DNA of 64,000 nt, from assembly GCA_020137815.1 (NCBI GenBank), contig CM035353.1, positions 7,626,001 to 7,690,000 on the forward strand, in the 5' to 3' direction. Shown here piece after piece: positions 1 to 14,420 of the stretch. Numbering within the stretch: the stretch's first letter is position 1; every line of letters starts with the position of its first letter. Below the pieces are notes generated by a model. The model searched no databases, had not been told where the DNA came from, and worked only from the letters and a program-made list of their open reading frames with translations. This stretch comes from Hormiphora californensis (Eukaryota; Animalia; Ctenophora). The translations under genes were made by a program, and so were the position numbers.

Positions 1-410
1 GAAGATGGTTGAGAACTGAGAAGATGATGGGCTTTAGTGTGGAGGAGAGGGATACGGCAAACCTGTTTATCCTAAAGTCCCAAAAGAGATTACAAGTGAT
101 CTCAGTTGCTTCATTGGCCCTGGGAGTCTCGAGTTTTTCACCTTGGCGAGACTGGGAACCTCATTCCTTGAGAAGCCTGTGAATGAGTGGGAGCTTGACT
201 CGAGCTACTTCGAGGCTAAGAAAATGGCTGTCAACTTAGCAGTAGTGAACGATGCTGCGGAAAGGGGCGTGAAACTTGTTGCCGACTTTAAGGACACTGG
301 AAAAGAAGGAGGACAACCTCCAGGCCATCCTCCAAACTGTAAAGACAAAGGCCAGGGTTCCTGATCGACGAAACCAGAAACAGGAACCAACAAGATGGTA
401 CCTGATGTAG
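1..410 (+). pseudogene. C-terminal relic of a DNA-transposon-derived protein (VVNDxAERGVKL family)
   Basis: ORF 143-364 reads FLEKPVNEWELDSSYFEAKKMAVNLAVVNDAAERGVKLVADF. This motif is typical of the C-terminus of a widespread invertebrate transposase-like family. The frame is broken after the motif. Confidence 0.55.
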
Positions 411-577
411 AATTAGCATTTGTTTGGTGTGTGTGTGTGTGTATATGTGTTAATCTATCGATAGCTATCTACTTAACTTTTTACTACGACGTTGTTTCAA
501 TTTATATCACCTATTTTTCCTTGTGCATGGTCAAAAATATCGTTTTTTGTCAATAATTCGTAAACGGTTGACTTTAG

Positions 578-1200
578 GCTATATGTTTCTCCATATGGAG
601 CACTGGAAACACCTGCTTTAATAGCTGCGATTGAAGAAGTTGAAAGAGCGGGCCTGGAAATTGATGGTATAGTATCTGATAGATGTGCTACTTTTGCAGA
701 GTAGATGGCCAAGATGCGAAGTTTGATTGAACATCACTTTGACAATTGGCACCTGATAAAGAATATCAAGGGGAAGCTTACACCTAAAGGGCTCCAGAAA
801 TGGACAAAATCTATTGATGATGGCCATATTTGGCATTGCCTCAAAACATGTGGAAATGATGAAGAGAAGCTGCTGAACATGTTACACAGTTATTATATTT
901 ATAATTTACTCCACCTTCTCAACATCCACGACTTAAAAACAAAGATAGCACAGAAGATGTGGGAGAAGATATGTGCGATGAAAGTTGGTAACACTAAAAA
1001 TATCAAGACCTACGGAGCGCTGTATCCCAATGTAAACCCTCTAAGTATGGGTAAATGTTACCATTCGAAGTTTACCAGGAGGCAAAAGAGGAAAAAGTGC
1101 AAGAGTTTTTTCCACACGGGTCGACTGGAGTATTTTCACAGTTCGAAGCTCCTTCTCCTTCCAAATCACTATCAGAACGAGACGATGGAGGTGTATACGG
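578..1200 (+). pseudogene. Degenerate Kolobok/Mutator-like DDE transposase
   Basis: Read through an in-frame TAG at 702-704, the frame gives LETPAL..GLEIDGIVSDR..HHFDNWHLIKN..WTKSI..HIWHC..CG..HLLNIH..CYH..HTGRLEYFHS. This is the motif order of Kolobok-type transposases. It has a stop codon and an internal truncation. Confidence 0.7.
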
Positions 1201-2559
1201 ACATATATTTATTTAGGAGTCTATATATAATTTAGTTTGTAATTGAGTGTCACATAAACTTAGTTTAGGTAACAGATTAAACTGCTAACTAATGATAAAA
1301 TAATACAGCCCCGATAAAAGAGATTAAAACACTAATAAAATGTGATAGTTTAAAAAAGGTAAAAGAAAGATGCTTTAACCAATATAACTCCCTCTTCGGC
1401 CTCTACAGGAGGGGAGAGGGGACGAAACAATTTGATGTCAGGTAGATATTACTTATTATTTCGTTCTTTCGAGTTTGAGTAGGGGATTCGTGATCGGGTG
1501 TTGTGAGCCTGGCAACACCCACATTTAGTGGGAGTTGCACGCCTCATATTTCTGTCTGGGCATATGGTGTATCGCGGCGTGGCAATCCCCCACTTTTTTC
1601 TCCCTTTCTACGTAGCGAGCGGAGATTGCCACACTGCGATGCATTCTGGGCGCCGAGCGTTCGGGCCGCTCGGCTCGGCTCGCCAGGGGAGATATCAGGG
1701 ACAGACTGGGAAGAAGAACCGACAACCAGCGTCAGCCCCGGGAGAGAGATAGCCGTCCCCGGAACCCAGCGCGGACCATCAACTTTGCCAGCCTGACCAC
1801 GCAGGAGGCCGTCATAAGGGCCTGGGACGAGAGAGTGGGGTCATTAGATCCTGAAGGAGTATTCCCCCCTCAGGCATTCGCCGCCCACCACGGAGGCGCT
1901 GGCCCGAATCCGGAGAGCCAGAGGAGAGTCCGCCGAGGTGCGAGCGACTGCATATGCAAACAGCTGTGCAGATGTGATAGGAGTATGGAAAGAGGTCAGG
2001 GCCTTCGAGGGTACCATGGCGGGTACGCCTGCCACCAACAGGAGGATAAAGGGGCTATTCATAATAAAGGGTCAACAGTTCTTTATACATTTATTACATT
2101 TTAAAACATTACAACCTATCCATAATGCATTATAACATATCCCTAAGGCTAATTATAGATATAATCTTTAACACAGACCATCATTTCTGTGGTAGGTGAT
2201 AATCGAGTCATTATTTGATGTGTTTAATTCTGCAAGATAGAATACATGCTTTCTCCCTATTTATGGAAGTAATGCACGTGATGCGAGTTAAAATTTGAAT
2301 TGATTTGTATCATATATCGTATTATTTAGCAGAGATCCACTACATGCCTGTGTTTAATTGTGTTTTGTTGTCGCAAGATATCATCTTTTCAGTTTTATTT
2401 TCAGTTTATCTCTAGAATCTAGATCTATTACATGCTGGTTATTGCTGATTTTTTACTGGGACCAATTTTTTCATACGCAGCGTTTTCTATTTTATCACCT
2501 ACGTACATACATATTATCTTTTTCTGAGCATTTCTTTTTGTTTTTAACACATTAACATA

Positions 2560-2660
2560 TTTTTCAGTAACTTTGTAGTTCGGTATCATCTTTTTCAGTA
2601 ACTTTCTAGTTCGGTATCATCTTTTTCAGTAACTTTCTAGTTCGGTATCATCTTTTTCTA
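2560..2660. repeat. Short tandem repeat (~31 bp, TTTTTCAGTAACTTTCTAGTTCGGTATCATC), resuming at 3177-3233
   Basis: Three copies here and two more after the MITE at 2898-3178. Confidence 0.8.
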
Positions 2661-2897
2661 ACTCAACACTTTTTTAGCTACTTAGCATGTCACAAGTACA
2701 GTATACATGTCTCCAGGTTGCAAATGGCAAGTTGTTATGACAACAAAGAACTCACATCTGGACAAATAGCAGCTTGAGGAAGATGCTAAACAATTGTAAG
2801 TATTAATCATTAGCACAAACACGCACATACATACATACATACACATAGTTCGAACTTGCCACATAGTTTTAGGTTATTGCGGGGATGGAGGGGGTGA

Positions 2898-3178
2898 TAG
2901 GGTCACCACACACCAAAGTTAAAATTAAAATTAAAATTTTGATTTTAAAATCGCACACACCAGCGGCCGTAAAAATTTTTCTCCCCATTCTAAAAGTAAC
3001 AATCTCACGCACGATTTTGACGGTTGCGTTGGATGACAAAATTTTAACACGCCGTCAAAATCGCGCACGAGATTGTTACTTTTAGAATGGGGGAGAGAAA
3101 TTTTAACGGCCGCTGGTGTGTGCGGCTTTAAAATCAAAATTTTAATTTTAATTTTAACTTTGGTTTGTGGTAACCCTA
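2898..3178. mobile_element. Palindromic MITE (TAGGGTCACCACA...TGTGGTAACCCTA), hAT-like termini
   Basis: Imperfect inverted arms of ~125 bp around a short spacer. No clear TSD. Confidence 0.75.
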
Positions 3179-5585
3179 ACTTTCTAGTTCGGTATCATCT
3201 TTTTCAGTAACTTTCTAGTTCGGTATCATCTTTAATCTGTTTTCATCTTTAATCTGTTTCATCTTTATTTTTTCGTCAATGGCATCTAATTTCTACGAAT
3301 TCCCTCAAACATGATGACACTAAGTATAATGTATTGAACTTAAATGTGGGTGGGAACATGTATTGTTGTGTAGAGGGGCATAAGAAAGACTGTAAACCTC
3401 GAGATTATGTCCTGTATCTCGATGGATTGAGTTGGGGGACCACCCTCGAGACATGGGAAGAAGATGGCATTATCCCATCACTCATCAGGGCTGTTCCCCA
3501 GTGGAGAGACCAGGAGGTGTGGGTACCTGAAGTATAGCAGACCAGAGAGGACTCGGAGGACACCGCTGTACATATTGATAACTTATGGCAACCACCAATC
3601 CAAGATATAAACCAGTTTTCTCCGATACTGTGGGAACAGCAGGAATCAAAACGAGTGCACCAAAGGGAGCTAACAGTAAGATTCATTGCTCCAGATTTCT
3701 ATGACAGTACTGAGTTTTGACATGTAGGGACGAGGCTGGCAACAAAGGGGGATGAGAGGGGGGTAGTTCAATTCAGGGAACCTAGGCGAGGGAGCCTAGA
3801 ACAATCAACATCGGATGCCACGCTCAGAAAGAGAGTTGGAAGAGAGGAAACTCCTCTGAACTTCCAACCGAAGAGGCAGTGGTTTATATATGGAAAAACA
3901 CTGGATAGGACAAGATGCTTTCTCACTGACCAAACTGGCCTTGTTGATGGGAAGAAATCATCATGGGAAAAAGTCTCTGACCCTTACGACGCATCATTTG
4001 GTGTAAGAGTACAGCTATGGAAATCCTTGTCCCTCTTGGCAAAATTCTGGCGAGTATACCAGAGAAACAGATAAGAGATAATTTCCTCGGGAACCCGTGA
4101 AACATTGTTTTTTCAACGCAATTGAGTTTGAAAAGTACTATCAGGCGGCACGAGCGTTCTGTAGTCTAACCAATAACTACTATATACTAATCTATACTAA
4201 TAGATTTGATTTATCTTATATTATGTAATATGTATGGAATATTAGGGATTAGAAAATTGTTACAATACAACATTTCCAGACAGACAGAACAAAGTGCTCA
4301 CTGGGGGATGTGCAACAGCACAACACACACTCTACAATAACAGGCCATTCAAGCTCGCGAGGAAACGGACGAAAACTGGGAACGAAACTTCTCCTCCCAC
4401 CCAAAGCACTCTCCCCCGCTAGCCCCCGCTTGTCAACGTAAATTGTAATTTGTGGTGATATAAAGTAATTCAGACATAATCATTCAGTATAAATTTTATC
4501 GATTCTACATTCCTGCCACGAATCCTGACTTTTTAGTTTTAGCCAAACTGACGATGAGTCGACGGAGAAGCTTTTAGGAGGGGATCAGCTCACCCAGGCA
4601 AGGTTCCAGGCAGTGAAGGAGTTAAGAATGTTGGAAAAGGGAGGGATGTGCCGCATGGAAACGGCGTATGGAACCAGGCACGCCCTACTACAGGTACATA
4701 ATGGTTTCTTTTCTTAACAACAGAGTTTGTTATGAACATTACAGTATAGTAACCTACTGTCACACAACTCCCTGCAGCGCATCCTTGAAGACTACCGGGG
4801 TGGCAAAACACTTGACAAGGCCACATTCAATGGTGTGTGCAGATGGGGAGAAAGGATGTCATCAAATTAAAAGCCAATGATAACTTTGGTAAGTGTGAAA
4901 ACATGGCAATCATCTATTTTAGGTAAGAAATATATTATATTTTTTCAGAAAGCCCTTTCCAATATACTGCCCTTTTAACGTAAAAGGCACTAAGTCACTT
5001 TTTTCCATTTCGAGATATTCGCCTTTAAAGATTTTTGCTCTTACTCATTGTAAAACGCAGTAAGTCAGCAAAATTTCACACAGACGCGTAAAAGGCAGTA
5101 AGTCACACGAAAATTTTTTAGAGGGCTTGACTTACTGCGTTCTACCCCAAAACTGACTTGCTGCCTTTTACGACGATATGAGTGTACAAAAATAGCATCT
5201 TTACACACGAACCCCTGACACACCAAGACCGAGGTCCCGATCAGAGGTTGATCAAATAATTTTGGAAAAAATAATTAAAATAATTAGAACAAAGTGGATC
5301 AGAATTAAAACTAATTTACTGGAAACAACTTAACTTAACAAAATATGTACAATGTTTGTCAATCAGCCTTTAGTCTGTCTTTTAATTGACCGATAATTGA
5401 GTATTGTCCCTGTAATTCACTGTCTTTCTGTCGGACGTATATGATCTTTTCAAATCTTATTTCTCTGAGAGAGAAAGAAAGAGGGAGAGAGTGTGACAGA
5501 GGGGGAGAGAGATCAGAGAGATAGAGATCAGAGAGCGAAAGAGAGAAAGAAAGAGAGAGGGGGAAGTGATCAGAGAGATAGAGAT

Positions 5586-5628
<43 letters not shown>

Positions 5629-5830
5629 GGGGGGCCATCGGCCAAAGTTAGGGTACCGTTGCCTTTTTTATGGCTGCACCCTCCCCTATCTTTCCCTTCC
5701 TCCCAGTATCTCTCCATCTCGATTCGAGAGAGATCAACGACAGACTGTGGCAGACAGAAAAAGAGAGGGACATGACAGAGAGAGAGAGAGAGAGAGATAG
5801 AGATAGCTGATAGAGAGAGAGAGAGAGAGA

Positions 5831-5880
<50 letters not shown>

Positions 5881-6396
5881 CATATGTTTACTGTTCAACT
5901 TACCCCTATGTACATTGTTTTACCTACCTTTACTCCGGGCCCTCAGATCCAACAGGATCCGGGCTCGGGGGATTTAACCCTGTTCCCGCATGGGGGGACC
6001 ACATACAGCACTGTACTGAAATTCGCACCACCGTATGTGGTGCCTCTAACTTCAGTTCTCACTAGCACATTTTATTGGAAGAAGTTTCAAACGATCACGG
6101 AAACAATTCGCATTTTTAAATATCAAATAATATCACACACCGTGCGTCTGAGGGCTTCACGCAGGAATCCCGCACTTAAGAAGCCCCTCTAGATGTAGCT
6201 AAGTTTTACAGGTAAATAAGTTAAAAATATATCGTTGTTGCTGCTAGACTAGATTAACAGTTAGAGAGGGGGGAGCCACGGGGAGAGGGGCGTCCCGCAG
6301 CAGTAGCAGCGGTGAGCAATTGGAACATTCATGAAGTGAGAAGGTGAAGGTGATGGAATAATTATAGAATATTGTCGATATCAATATCACTGCAAT

Positions 6397-6654
6397 CTAT
6401 CTCTCGAGAGATTTAGTCTTCTCTTCGAGGGTAGACTTCTCAGCTTTCAGTGAGTTGTTCTCCTCCTTCAGATCAGTCAACTGGGAGGTAAACTTCTCCA
6501 TCACAACCCGGAACATCATGGCGATCTGAGCAACATGGGTCGCTGGGGGCTTATCTGAATATGACTTCGCAAGTTTACTGGCAATCTCATCATTCTCGGC
6601 GTCAAGAATTTTCTTTAATAACTCGGGATCGGTTCCTCTTACTAGGCCAGGCAT
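6397..6654 (-). pseudogene. Short coiled-coil ORF, possible retroelement ORF1/gag fragment
   Basis: 85 aa with protein-like composition, ending in heptads (QLTDLKEENNSLKAEKSTLEEKTKSLER). No diagnostic domain. Confidence 0.3.
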
Positions 6655-7439
6655 GTTGAATTAGTTGGGGGACAAAATAGGGTGGTGAAGCGTCCTCAAA
6701 GGGGGGTGAGGGCAGGAGCTCAAAAAGTGTGACAAAATGTAGAGCAACAACGATATCATACAACACTTTCGGTGCAAACTCCAGTACGCACTGCCGTATG
6801 TGGTGCCTCTTACTGATAAATATCGGTGGGACTATCAGTACACAATCTCACGTGAGCTTAGCTCAGAAAAGATCAGTACGGTGCTGTATGTGCTCTTCGT
6901 ACTGAACTGAAAGGTCACGTGGGGGTCACGTGCGCGCACTAGCCAATGACAGACCTGCATCTCACAATACACACACACACCCACACCACAGCAACCAATA
7001 AGAGGCGCACGCACTCTCACTACGACAGAAAGGGCCACACCTAGAACAAGCGCGAGATTATCCGACATATCGAGAAAATATGTGCTGCAATCGGGAAAGA
7101 TAAGAGAGAGATAAGTGGAGATAAACATAACAAGAGAGAGAAAAGGAGGTAATGTGAAACCCAAACTAAAAAGGCCCACCTCAGGTGTCGTCGCGCGTTA
7201 CATACATGGTTGGGTTGGGTTTTGATGGATTGGGATTGTCAGCAGTTAGTGAAATCGCGCGTACGCGCACTTTTCTTTGTTTGAAACAAAGAAGGATCTG
7301 GTTGTTCCAAAATCCACGTCCCCGAAAATGAAAAACATTCATCTGTCATCACCGTTGTACTATTCATCATTTATTCATTGTTAATTAAACCGAAACACTT
7401 GATATACGATATTGCTTGTGAAAAAGTAGTAAAATGTAC

Positions 7440-10400
7440 AATCAACAAATTTTAAAACTTCTCCTCCCCCAAACATTTTCCCCTTTTCCTCGGGCCCCCT
7501 TTCCCTCTTCTGGCCCCCCCATTTTCTTTTTAAAAATTTTAACTCCATAAAATTTTTCCCCTTCTCTTCAAAATTTGAGGGGTCCCCCCTTTCCCAACCC
7601 CTTTCTTCCCCCCCCTTTCCCTCCTTTGGGTCCTCTTCTGTCTCTCTTTACTACCCCTTCCACAACCCGGGGCTTGCCCCAAAAAGGACCCTTCTCCTTT
7701 ATTTTTCTCTTCTTTTCCCTTTTCCTTTTTCACTTCCCCTCCCCCTTCCCCCCCCTTTTTCATCTCCCCCTTCCCGGAAAACCAACCCCCCAGGGGGGTT
7801 TCCCCCTCCGGGAGGGGGGAAAAAAAAAAGGGGGGTTCCGGGGGGCCCCCTCTCCTAATTTTACAGGGAAAGGGTCCCACCCTAGCCCCCAAGCGGGGGA
7901 GATTTCCCTTCCCCTTTTCTAGCCACCCGGGTGGGGGGGGTGAAAAATTAAGGGGGAAAATAAAGGGGTAAGGGGAAACAAAAAAGGGAAGGCGGGGGGA
8001 CCCCGGGGGGGAAGGAAAAAAGGAATTTGGGGGGGAAAGGGGGCCCCCAAACTAAAAAAGAAAGGGAAAGGAAAAAACCTCGGTGCGCCGCGGGGAAAAT
8101 TTGGGGTTGGGTTTGAGGGTTTGGGATTTCACAGAGTGGGGAGGCCACTTTTTTTTTTGGGCAACAAAAAGGGCCGGTTTTAAAAAACCCCCCCCAAAAA
8201 TAAAAACTTTCACGTCTACCGTTTTTAAATATTTTCTTTGGGAATTAACCAAACCAACTTGTTAAGGTTTATTGGCCATGGAAAAGGTTTAAAATGTACC
8301 TTCAAAAACCGGGGCACTCTAAAAAAACTTACCCAAAAAAACCAAAAAACACCCCCTTCTTTTCCTCTCCCCTCCTCTTCCTTCTAACCTTTCCTCTCCC
8401 CCTTCCCATCCCCCCGGGGGCTTCCCCTGGGGTACGCCTCTCCCCCAGGGGGGCCATCCCTTCCTCTCACCGCCCTTCCCAAACCCCCAATCCCAAAAGT
8501 CTCCTAGCCCTCTCTATTAGTTTTTTCTTTCCTCGCACACAATAAGGGATTTTGACCCGGGCCCGGGAGACAGAAAGGGGGAGAAAAGTGGAAAACCCCT
8601 CCATTCTTTTTGGCTTTCTTTGATAACCTGAAAAAAGTTTTTTCCCTTTAAAAATTCGGGGGTTGAAACCCCTATAAAATACAGGGCAAAGGTTTGGGGT
8701 TAAAAAAACGGTTGGTAAGAAAAAAGGGAGGGGGACCCGGGGGAAAACCCCCCCCACCCCCTCACCCCCCAACCCCCCCCCAAACCCTCCCCCCCTCTTG
8801 GTGTCTCTAATGATGATCGAGGGGGTGATTCTGGGGGAGTGGGGACAGTTTCCTGCGGGGAAGGGGATTTAAGTGATGGGGGGTTCAAAATCCAACCAAA
8901 AGGAAAGAGCGGGTTCCAAAACCCCCCCAAGGGAGAGGGGGGGGGGTTTTAACCACAAAAATTTGGGCCCCATTGCAACCTAAAACCACCCCCCCCCCTG
9001 GCGTGCCCCAAATTTCCCCCCGGTTTTCCCTTAATTATACAAAAACATCCCCCTGGCGGCAACAAAAACGGGTCCCCAGGTTTTCTAAATTAAAACAACA
9101 CATCCCCCTGGTTTGCTAAAAAACTTCCCCCGGTCTGCAAAATTTAAATACACACCCCCCCGGGGGCTTTACAAAACCCCCGGGCTGCTATCTTAAATAC
9201 AACAACCCCCCGGGGCTGCAACAAAACTTTCCCCGGGTTCTGCTAAAAACTATACACACATCCCCCGGGCTGGCTACAAAACGTCCATAGGCTGCTAAAT
9301 TATACCAAAACCCCCCCCTGGCTGCTCCCAAAACTCCCCAGGCCCCCTTCTTAACTATCCCACACCCCCCCCCGGGGCCCTGCTAAAAAAACGCCCCCGG
9401 GTCTCCCTATAACTATACCCACACCCCCCTTTGGCTTTCAAAAAAAACGTCCCCGGGCCCTTTCTATAATTAACACCCCTCCCCGGCTTTCAAAAAAAGG
9501 GCCCCCAGGTCTGCTATAATTATACACCCTCCCCCGGGCTCCCTACAAAACGCCCCAGGTCTGGTTAATTATACAACATCCCCCGGGCTGCTAAAAAAAC
9601 CACCCCGGCCCTGCATAATTATACACACACCCCCCGGGCTGCTAAAAAAACGCCCCCGGGGCGGGCCTAAACTAACACACACCCCCCGGGGCCCTGTTTA
9701 CAAAACGTCCATAGGTCTGCTTAATTAAAAACACCCCACCCCCCGGGTTTCAAACAAAAACGCCCCGGCGGGCTATAACTATACCACAACCCCCCGGGCT
9801 GTTTACAAAACCCCCCCCAGGCCCTCTATAAAAATACACACCCCCCCCGGGTTTTTCCTAAAAAAACCCCCCCATTTTTTCTAAAATTATAAAACACTTT
9901 CCCCCCCCCGGGCTGCTAAAAACCCTTCCCCATTTCCTTAAACTAACCACATCCCCCGGGCTGCCCCAAAAACGTCCCCAGGGCTGCTTAAACTATCCCC
10001 CGGGTTCCCCCTTTTTTTGTTTAAAAAACGTCCCCAGGTCGGGCATAATTATCCCCAAAATTCCCCCGGCTGCTAAAAAAACTTCCCCAGGCCTGCTAAA
10101 ATTATACACCCCTCCCCCCAGTTTCTAAAAAACGTCCCCAGGTCTGCTAAATTTATAACACACACCCCCCGGGGGCTGCTAAAAAACGTCCCCGGGTCTG
10201 CTAAAACTATACCACCCCCCCCGGGGGCTGCACAAACGCCCCCGGGTTTCTGCAAATAATTAAAATCCCAAAACATCCCCCTGGCGGGCTACAAAACGCC
10301 CCCAGGTCGGCTATAACATACACAAAAATCCCCCGGGCTGTTTACAAAACGTCCCCAGGTTTTGCTATAACATACACCATCCCCCCAGGCTCTACAAAAT

Positions 10401-13400
10401 CCCCAGGTCTTCTATAATTATACACCACCCCCCGGGGCTGCAACAAAACGTCCCCCAGTCTGCAAAAATTTATACAAACATTCCCGGGCCGTGTTAATTT
10501 GGGCAATTGATTGTCTTCATCGTCTTAAATTTTTGGGGCCTTTTGGGGTCTGTTTCATATACCTTTCCCCCTTTTCGAGGCCTTTTTTATCAATAAGGCA
10601 TTGAATTTTTCCCCTTTTAAATTTTTGGCCCATCATTATATTTTTTTCCCAAAATTTTGGGGTAAAAAACCTGAAAAGTGCCCGTGTGGAAAATAGAGAC
10701 GGATGGGGAACTATGTAATACTATTTAATACTATGAAATACTAGTATTTTAAAACAGGGAAAAAACCCCCTTTATAGAAAAAAAAAAACCCCCGTCAAAT
10801 TATTGAAACTAAAAAAAAGTGTTCTTTGATGTCCTGTGTTGACTGTATAATGGCTGGAATGATTATTTTGCAGCAACTTAAACTCACCGTTAAATTAAAA
10901 AACGCTTAATGATCCGAAATTCCTAAAGGGGGATGAGGGGGTTTAGTCTCTGCCCCCATACACCTGGGGAATAGGGGGGGAAACTCTGTACTGATACAAA
11001 AACCGGGGGGGGATGGGGGTTTGATCTCTGACTGATCAAACCCGGGGAATGATGGGGGGTTTGAAACTCTGCACATTTCTCCCCCTGTCCCCTATCGAAC
11101 TCTGTCCTTTCCCTCCACCCTGTCCCCATCTCACCCCTGTCTCTACTCCCCCTTTTCTCTAAACTCATTCTTTCTCCATCTCACCCCTTCTTGGGCTCCA
11201 TCTCACTCTTTTCTCCAATCTCCATTTTACTTCCCTTTTCCCATTCAAATTTTCCAAAAACCCCTTTTAATTCCCCCTTAACTTTTCCTTTTTTCCCCCT
11301 TAATCCCCCTTTTTTTCCCTTTTCACTCTTTTTCCCTCTCTTCCTTTTCTCTCTCTCTCCTCTCCCCTTTTCCCCTCTCTCTCTCTCTCCGGGTCTCTCT
11401 CCTTTCTCCCCTCCCCCCTTCCCTCCCCTCTCTCTTCTCTCGTCTCGCTCTCCCCCTCTCCCCCCCTGCCCTTTCCCCCCTTCCCCCCCAGTTACCCCCA
11501 GGGGTTTCCCCCCTTTACCCCCCCCATTACCCAACCCCCCAAAAATTTCCCAAACCAAATTTCAATGACGCCACTTTAATAAAGCGTTTTTACCGGGTTT
11601 CCCCTTTAAAAATTTCAGAGAGTGGCAACAAATTTTGACCCAAAAGGGAAAACAAAAGGGGTTTAAAGGGGAAAGACAAAGGGAATGACAGAGACAAAAA
11701 ACCAAAATATTTTTTAAAAAGAGGAAATTTGAGAGGGGAAATGGGAGGAGGAAATTTACCAGATAAATTTTAGTGCCGTTAAATGGGTTCCCGTTGGGTT
11801 TTTTGGGCCTTTTGGTTTTGCGGTTTGGGTTTGGTTTGTCCTGGGTTTCCCCCTGGCCCGCCCCCCTTGGAAGGCGCCCTTTCCCCCGGGCCCCGCGCCG
11901 GGGCCCCGGGGTCGCGCGTCGCGGCTCGCGCGCGCGTCGCGCGACAGCGCGAGCCGCGGCGGCGGGGGCGGCGAGGGGGCCGGCCCCACCCAGGCGCCCC
12001 CCGGGGAGGGCCCCCCGGGGCCGCGCGCCCGCGCTCCCCGCCCCAGGGAAGCGCCGGGGGGGGGTTTCCCCTTACCAGGTCTGTGAATCCCCTCAATAAA
12101 GACTGCCCGGGGAAACTGATGAGAACTGCTGTGAAAGGTTTCCCCCACCGAGTGTTTAGCTCATAGTAGTTTCCCTTTGCCCAGGGAATTTGGGTTCCCC
12201 CCGGGAAAGGAATCTGAGAGAGTAAATTTGTTATTAATCATTTGATAAAATATTGAAAGGGGGTCCCGGGTTGAGGGGGTTTTTAAAAGGGGGGTTATAA
12301 TGGGGGCTGTTTGGGGGGGTTAAAGGGGTACAGAGGGGGGTTTGAAGGAACTGAGGGAAAAGGACTCCGGGGTGGGGTTTGGGAAGGGTTTCCCATGTTG
12401 CTTTTGTAAGATCCAAGGTGGTAAAACTAGTTTTTGGGTTCGCAGAAAGGGGGGAGAGAGAGAGGGGAGAAAAGAGAGAAAAGAGAGAGAAAGGAGAGAG
12501 GAGAGAGAGGAAGAGAAGAGATAGAAAAAAAAGGGGAAATAAGAGATAGGAAAAAAGAGAGGAAGAGAGAGATTTAGAGGAAAAAAGAGGAGAGGATAGA
12601 GAGAAAGTGAAGGGAAAAGAAGAAAAAAAGAATAAAAGATTGGGGAAAAGAGGGGATTTGAAGATAGAAAGAGAGAGATAAAATCGGGCCCAGAAGAAAA
12701 ATAGAGGAAGGGTATAACGATGAGGAAAGGGTAGATTTGGGCCCCCCCCCCCTTTTTCCTTGTTTTATTTTCTTTTGGGGGTTTTTTTTGTCCTTTTAAT
12801 TTAAGAAAAAAAAAATATATAGATATACCCAAAGGGGGGGTATAAAAGTTATTAACCCCTGATTTTAGAAATATATAGTTTATCCCCCAATTTTATTTTA
12901 AAAACATATTTCTAGAATGAAGAAACTAAAGATAATAAACTATAAATAAAATATTTTATTAAAATATAAAAAATCTTTTATATATTTATATAAAAAAATA
13001 TATTAATAGAAATATAGAAAAATTAAATATTTAAATATATATAAATAATAATAAAATTTTTAAAAAATAAATATTATATAAAAATATCTAGGATATATAT
13101 TTTCATAAGATTTTTAAAAATATAAATTTTTAATTTCTATATATAAAAAAAATTGTTTTCCAATTTTAAAAACAAATTTTTACAAACTATATGGGCCCCC
13201 TTTTAAAATTGTTTTTTTTATTTTTTCCCCCCCCTACCCATCTTGATTATTTTATTCACTTGCTCGTCTCCCTTGACTGGTCCCGAACGGAAACCCCCCC
13301 CGTTAAATTTATCTTTTTGGGAAAAATTTTCCCCCGGTTTTAGGTTTCGATAAACTGAAGAGAAGGGTGTTTCTAAACGCTAAAGAATTCGGTTTTTTAA

Positions 13401-14420
13401 AATTTAAACCGAAACATCCTCCCAAAACCCCTTTAAATTATTAGGTTCGCTTTTTTCTTTTTAAAAACTTCACAAACCTTTTTTCTTTTAAAAAATTTTT
13501 AAATTTTGGGTTTTTTCCCTTTTTGGGTTTTTATAGACAAAACCCTTTTAAAACACGTTTTTTTGCTTTGCCCCCGTGCTGGGGGAAAGAGTCCTTATTT
13601 TGTCATTTCCTTTCCTTTTTCAAAAGTTTTTTTTCGGGGTAAAAGCTGTTGGGGTCCAGAGTCAAAAAACCCCCTTTTGTCCCTCTTTTGTCGCACTGTT
13701 TGGGTATTTTTACCCTTGAACCAAAAGCTTTTTTAAAACCCCAAAAAGGGTCAAAGCAAGATAATTTCAAAAGAAGGTTCAAATTTTTAGCAAAAAAATG
13801 CAGCCCAAAAAGACTTCCATTTAAGACTGAAAAATTACAAAAAGAAAATTTGGAAAAAAACGGAAAAAGAAAATTTTAAAGTTTGAAAATTTTTTAAAAA
13901 AACGCGCGCCCCCAAAAAAACTTTAGGGGATTGTTTTTCGGGGTCGCCGCACGGGTTTTTTTGTTTGGTTTTCATTTAGAGAGAGTCCGGTATTTGAGGG
14001 GGAAGTTTTTCACAAAAAAATTAAAAGGTTTTTTTAGTTGTTTTGAAGGTTTTTTATTTTGTTTGTTCAGAAAAGAGGCACCACTACACTCACGTACAGC
14101 TGAAGTTTCCAAACCGCAGTATGTGGTGCGACGTTTGGGATTTTCCCCGTGCGATGGGTCCCCCAGGGGACCTTCGGCCCCATGTGGGAGTGGCTGTAGT
14201 GGCCCCCAAAGGGGAGAAGAAGAGAAAAAGGGGAAAAAGGAAAAATAGAAGAGAAGAGAGAGAGAGAAGGGGGGGAAATTTTTTTTTTTTTTTTTTTCCC
14301 CCCCCCCCCCCCAAAAAAAACCCCCAAAAAAAATTTTTTTTTTTTTTTTTTTTCCCCCCCGGGGGGGGAAAATAAAAAGAGGGTCTTCCTTCTCTCTGAT
14401 CACTTCCCCCTCTTTCCCTC
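7440..14420. other. Low-accuracy (homopolymer-inflated) assembly segment
   Basis: Abrupt switch to pervasive runs of C, G, A and T. Recognisable repeat units are corrupted by homopolymer changes. All ORFs are low-complexity P/G/F/K strings. Confidence 0.8.
8985..10490. repeat. ~50-bp minisatellite (approx. CATCCCCCGGCTGCTACAAAACGTCCCCAGGTCTGCTATAATTATACACA), ~30 copies
   Basis: The unit recurs regularly despite sequence noise. Confidence 0.8.

Noticed and set aside
3300-4920. Possible gene fragments (also 1500-2080, 16350-17800 and 19320-19620)
   Set aside because: The composition is coding-like, but there are many stops and frameshifts and no motif I can identify. Probably decayed transposon sequence.
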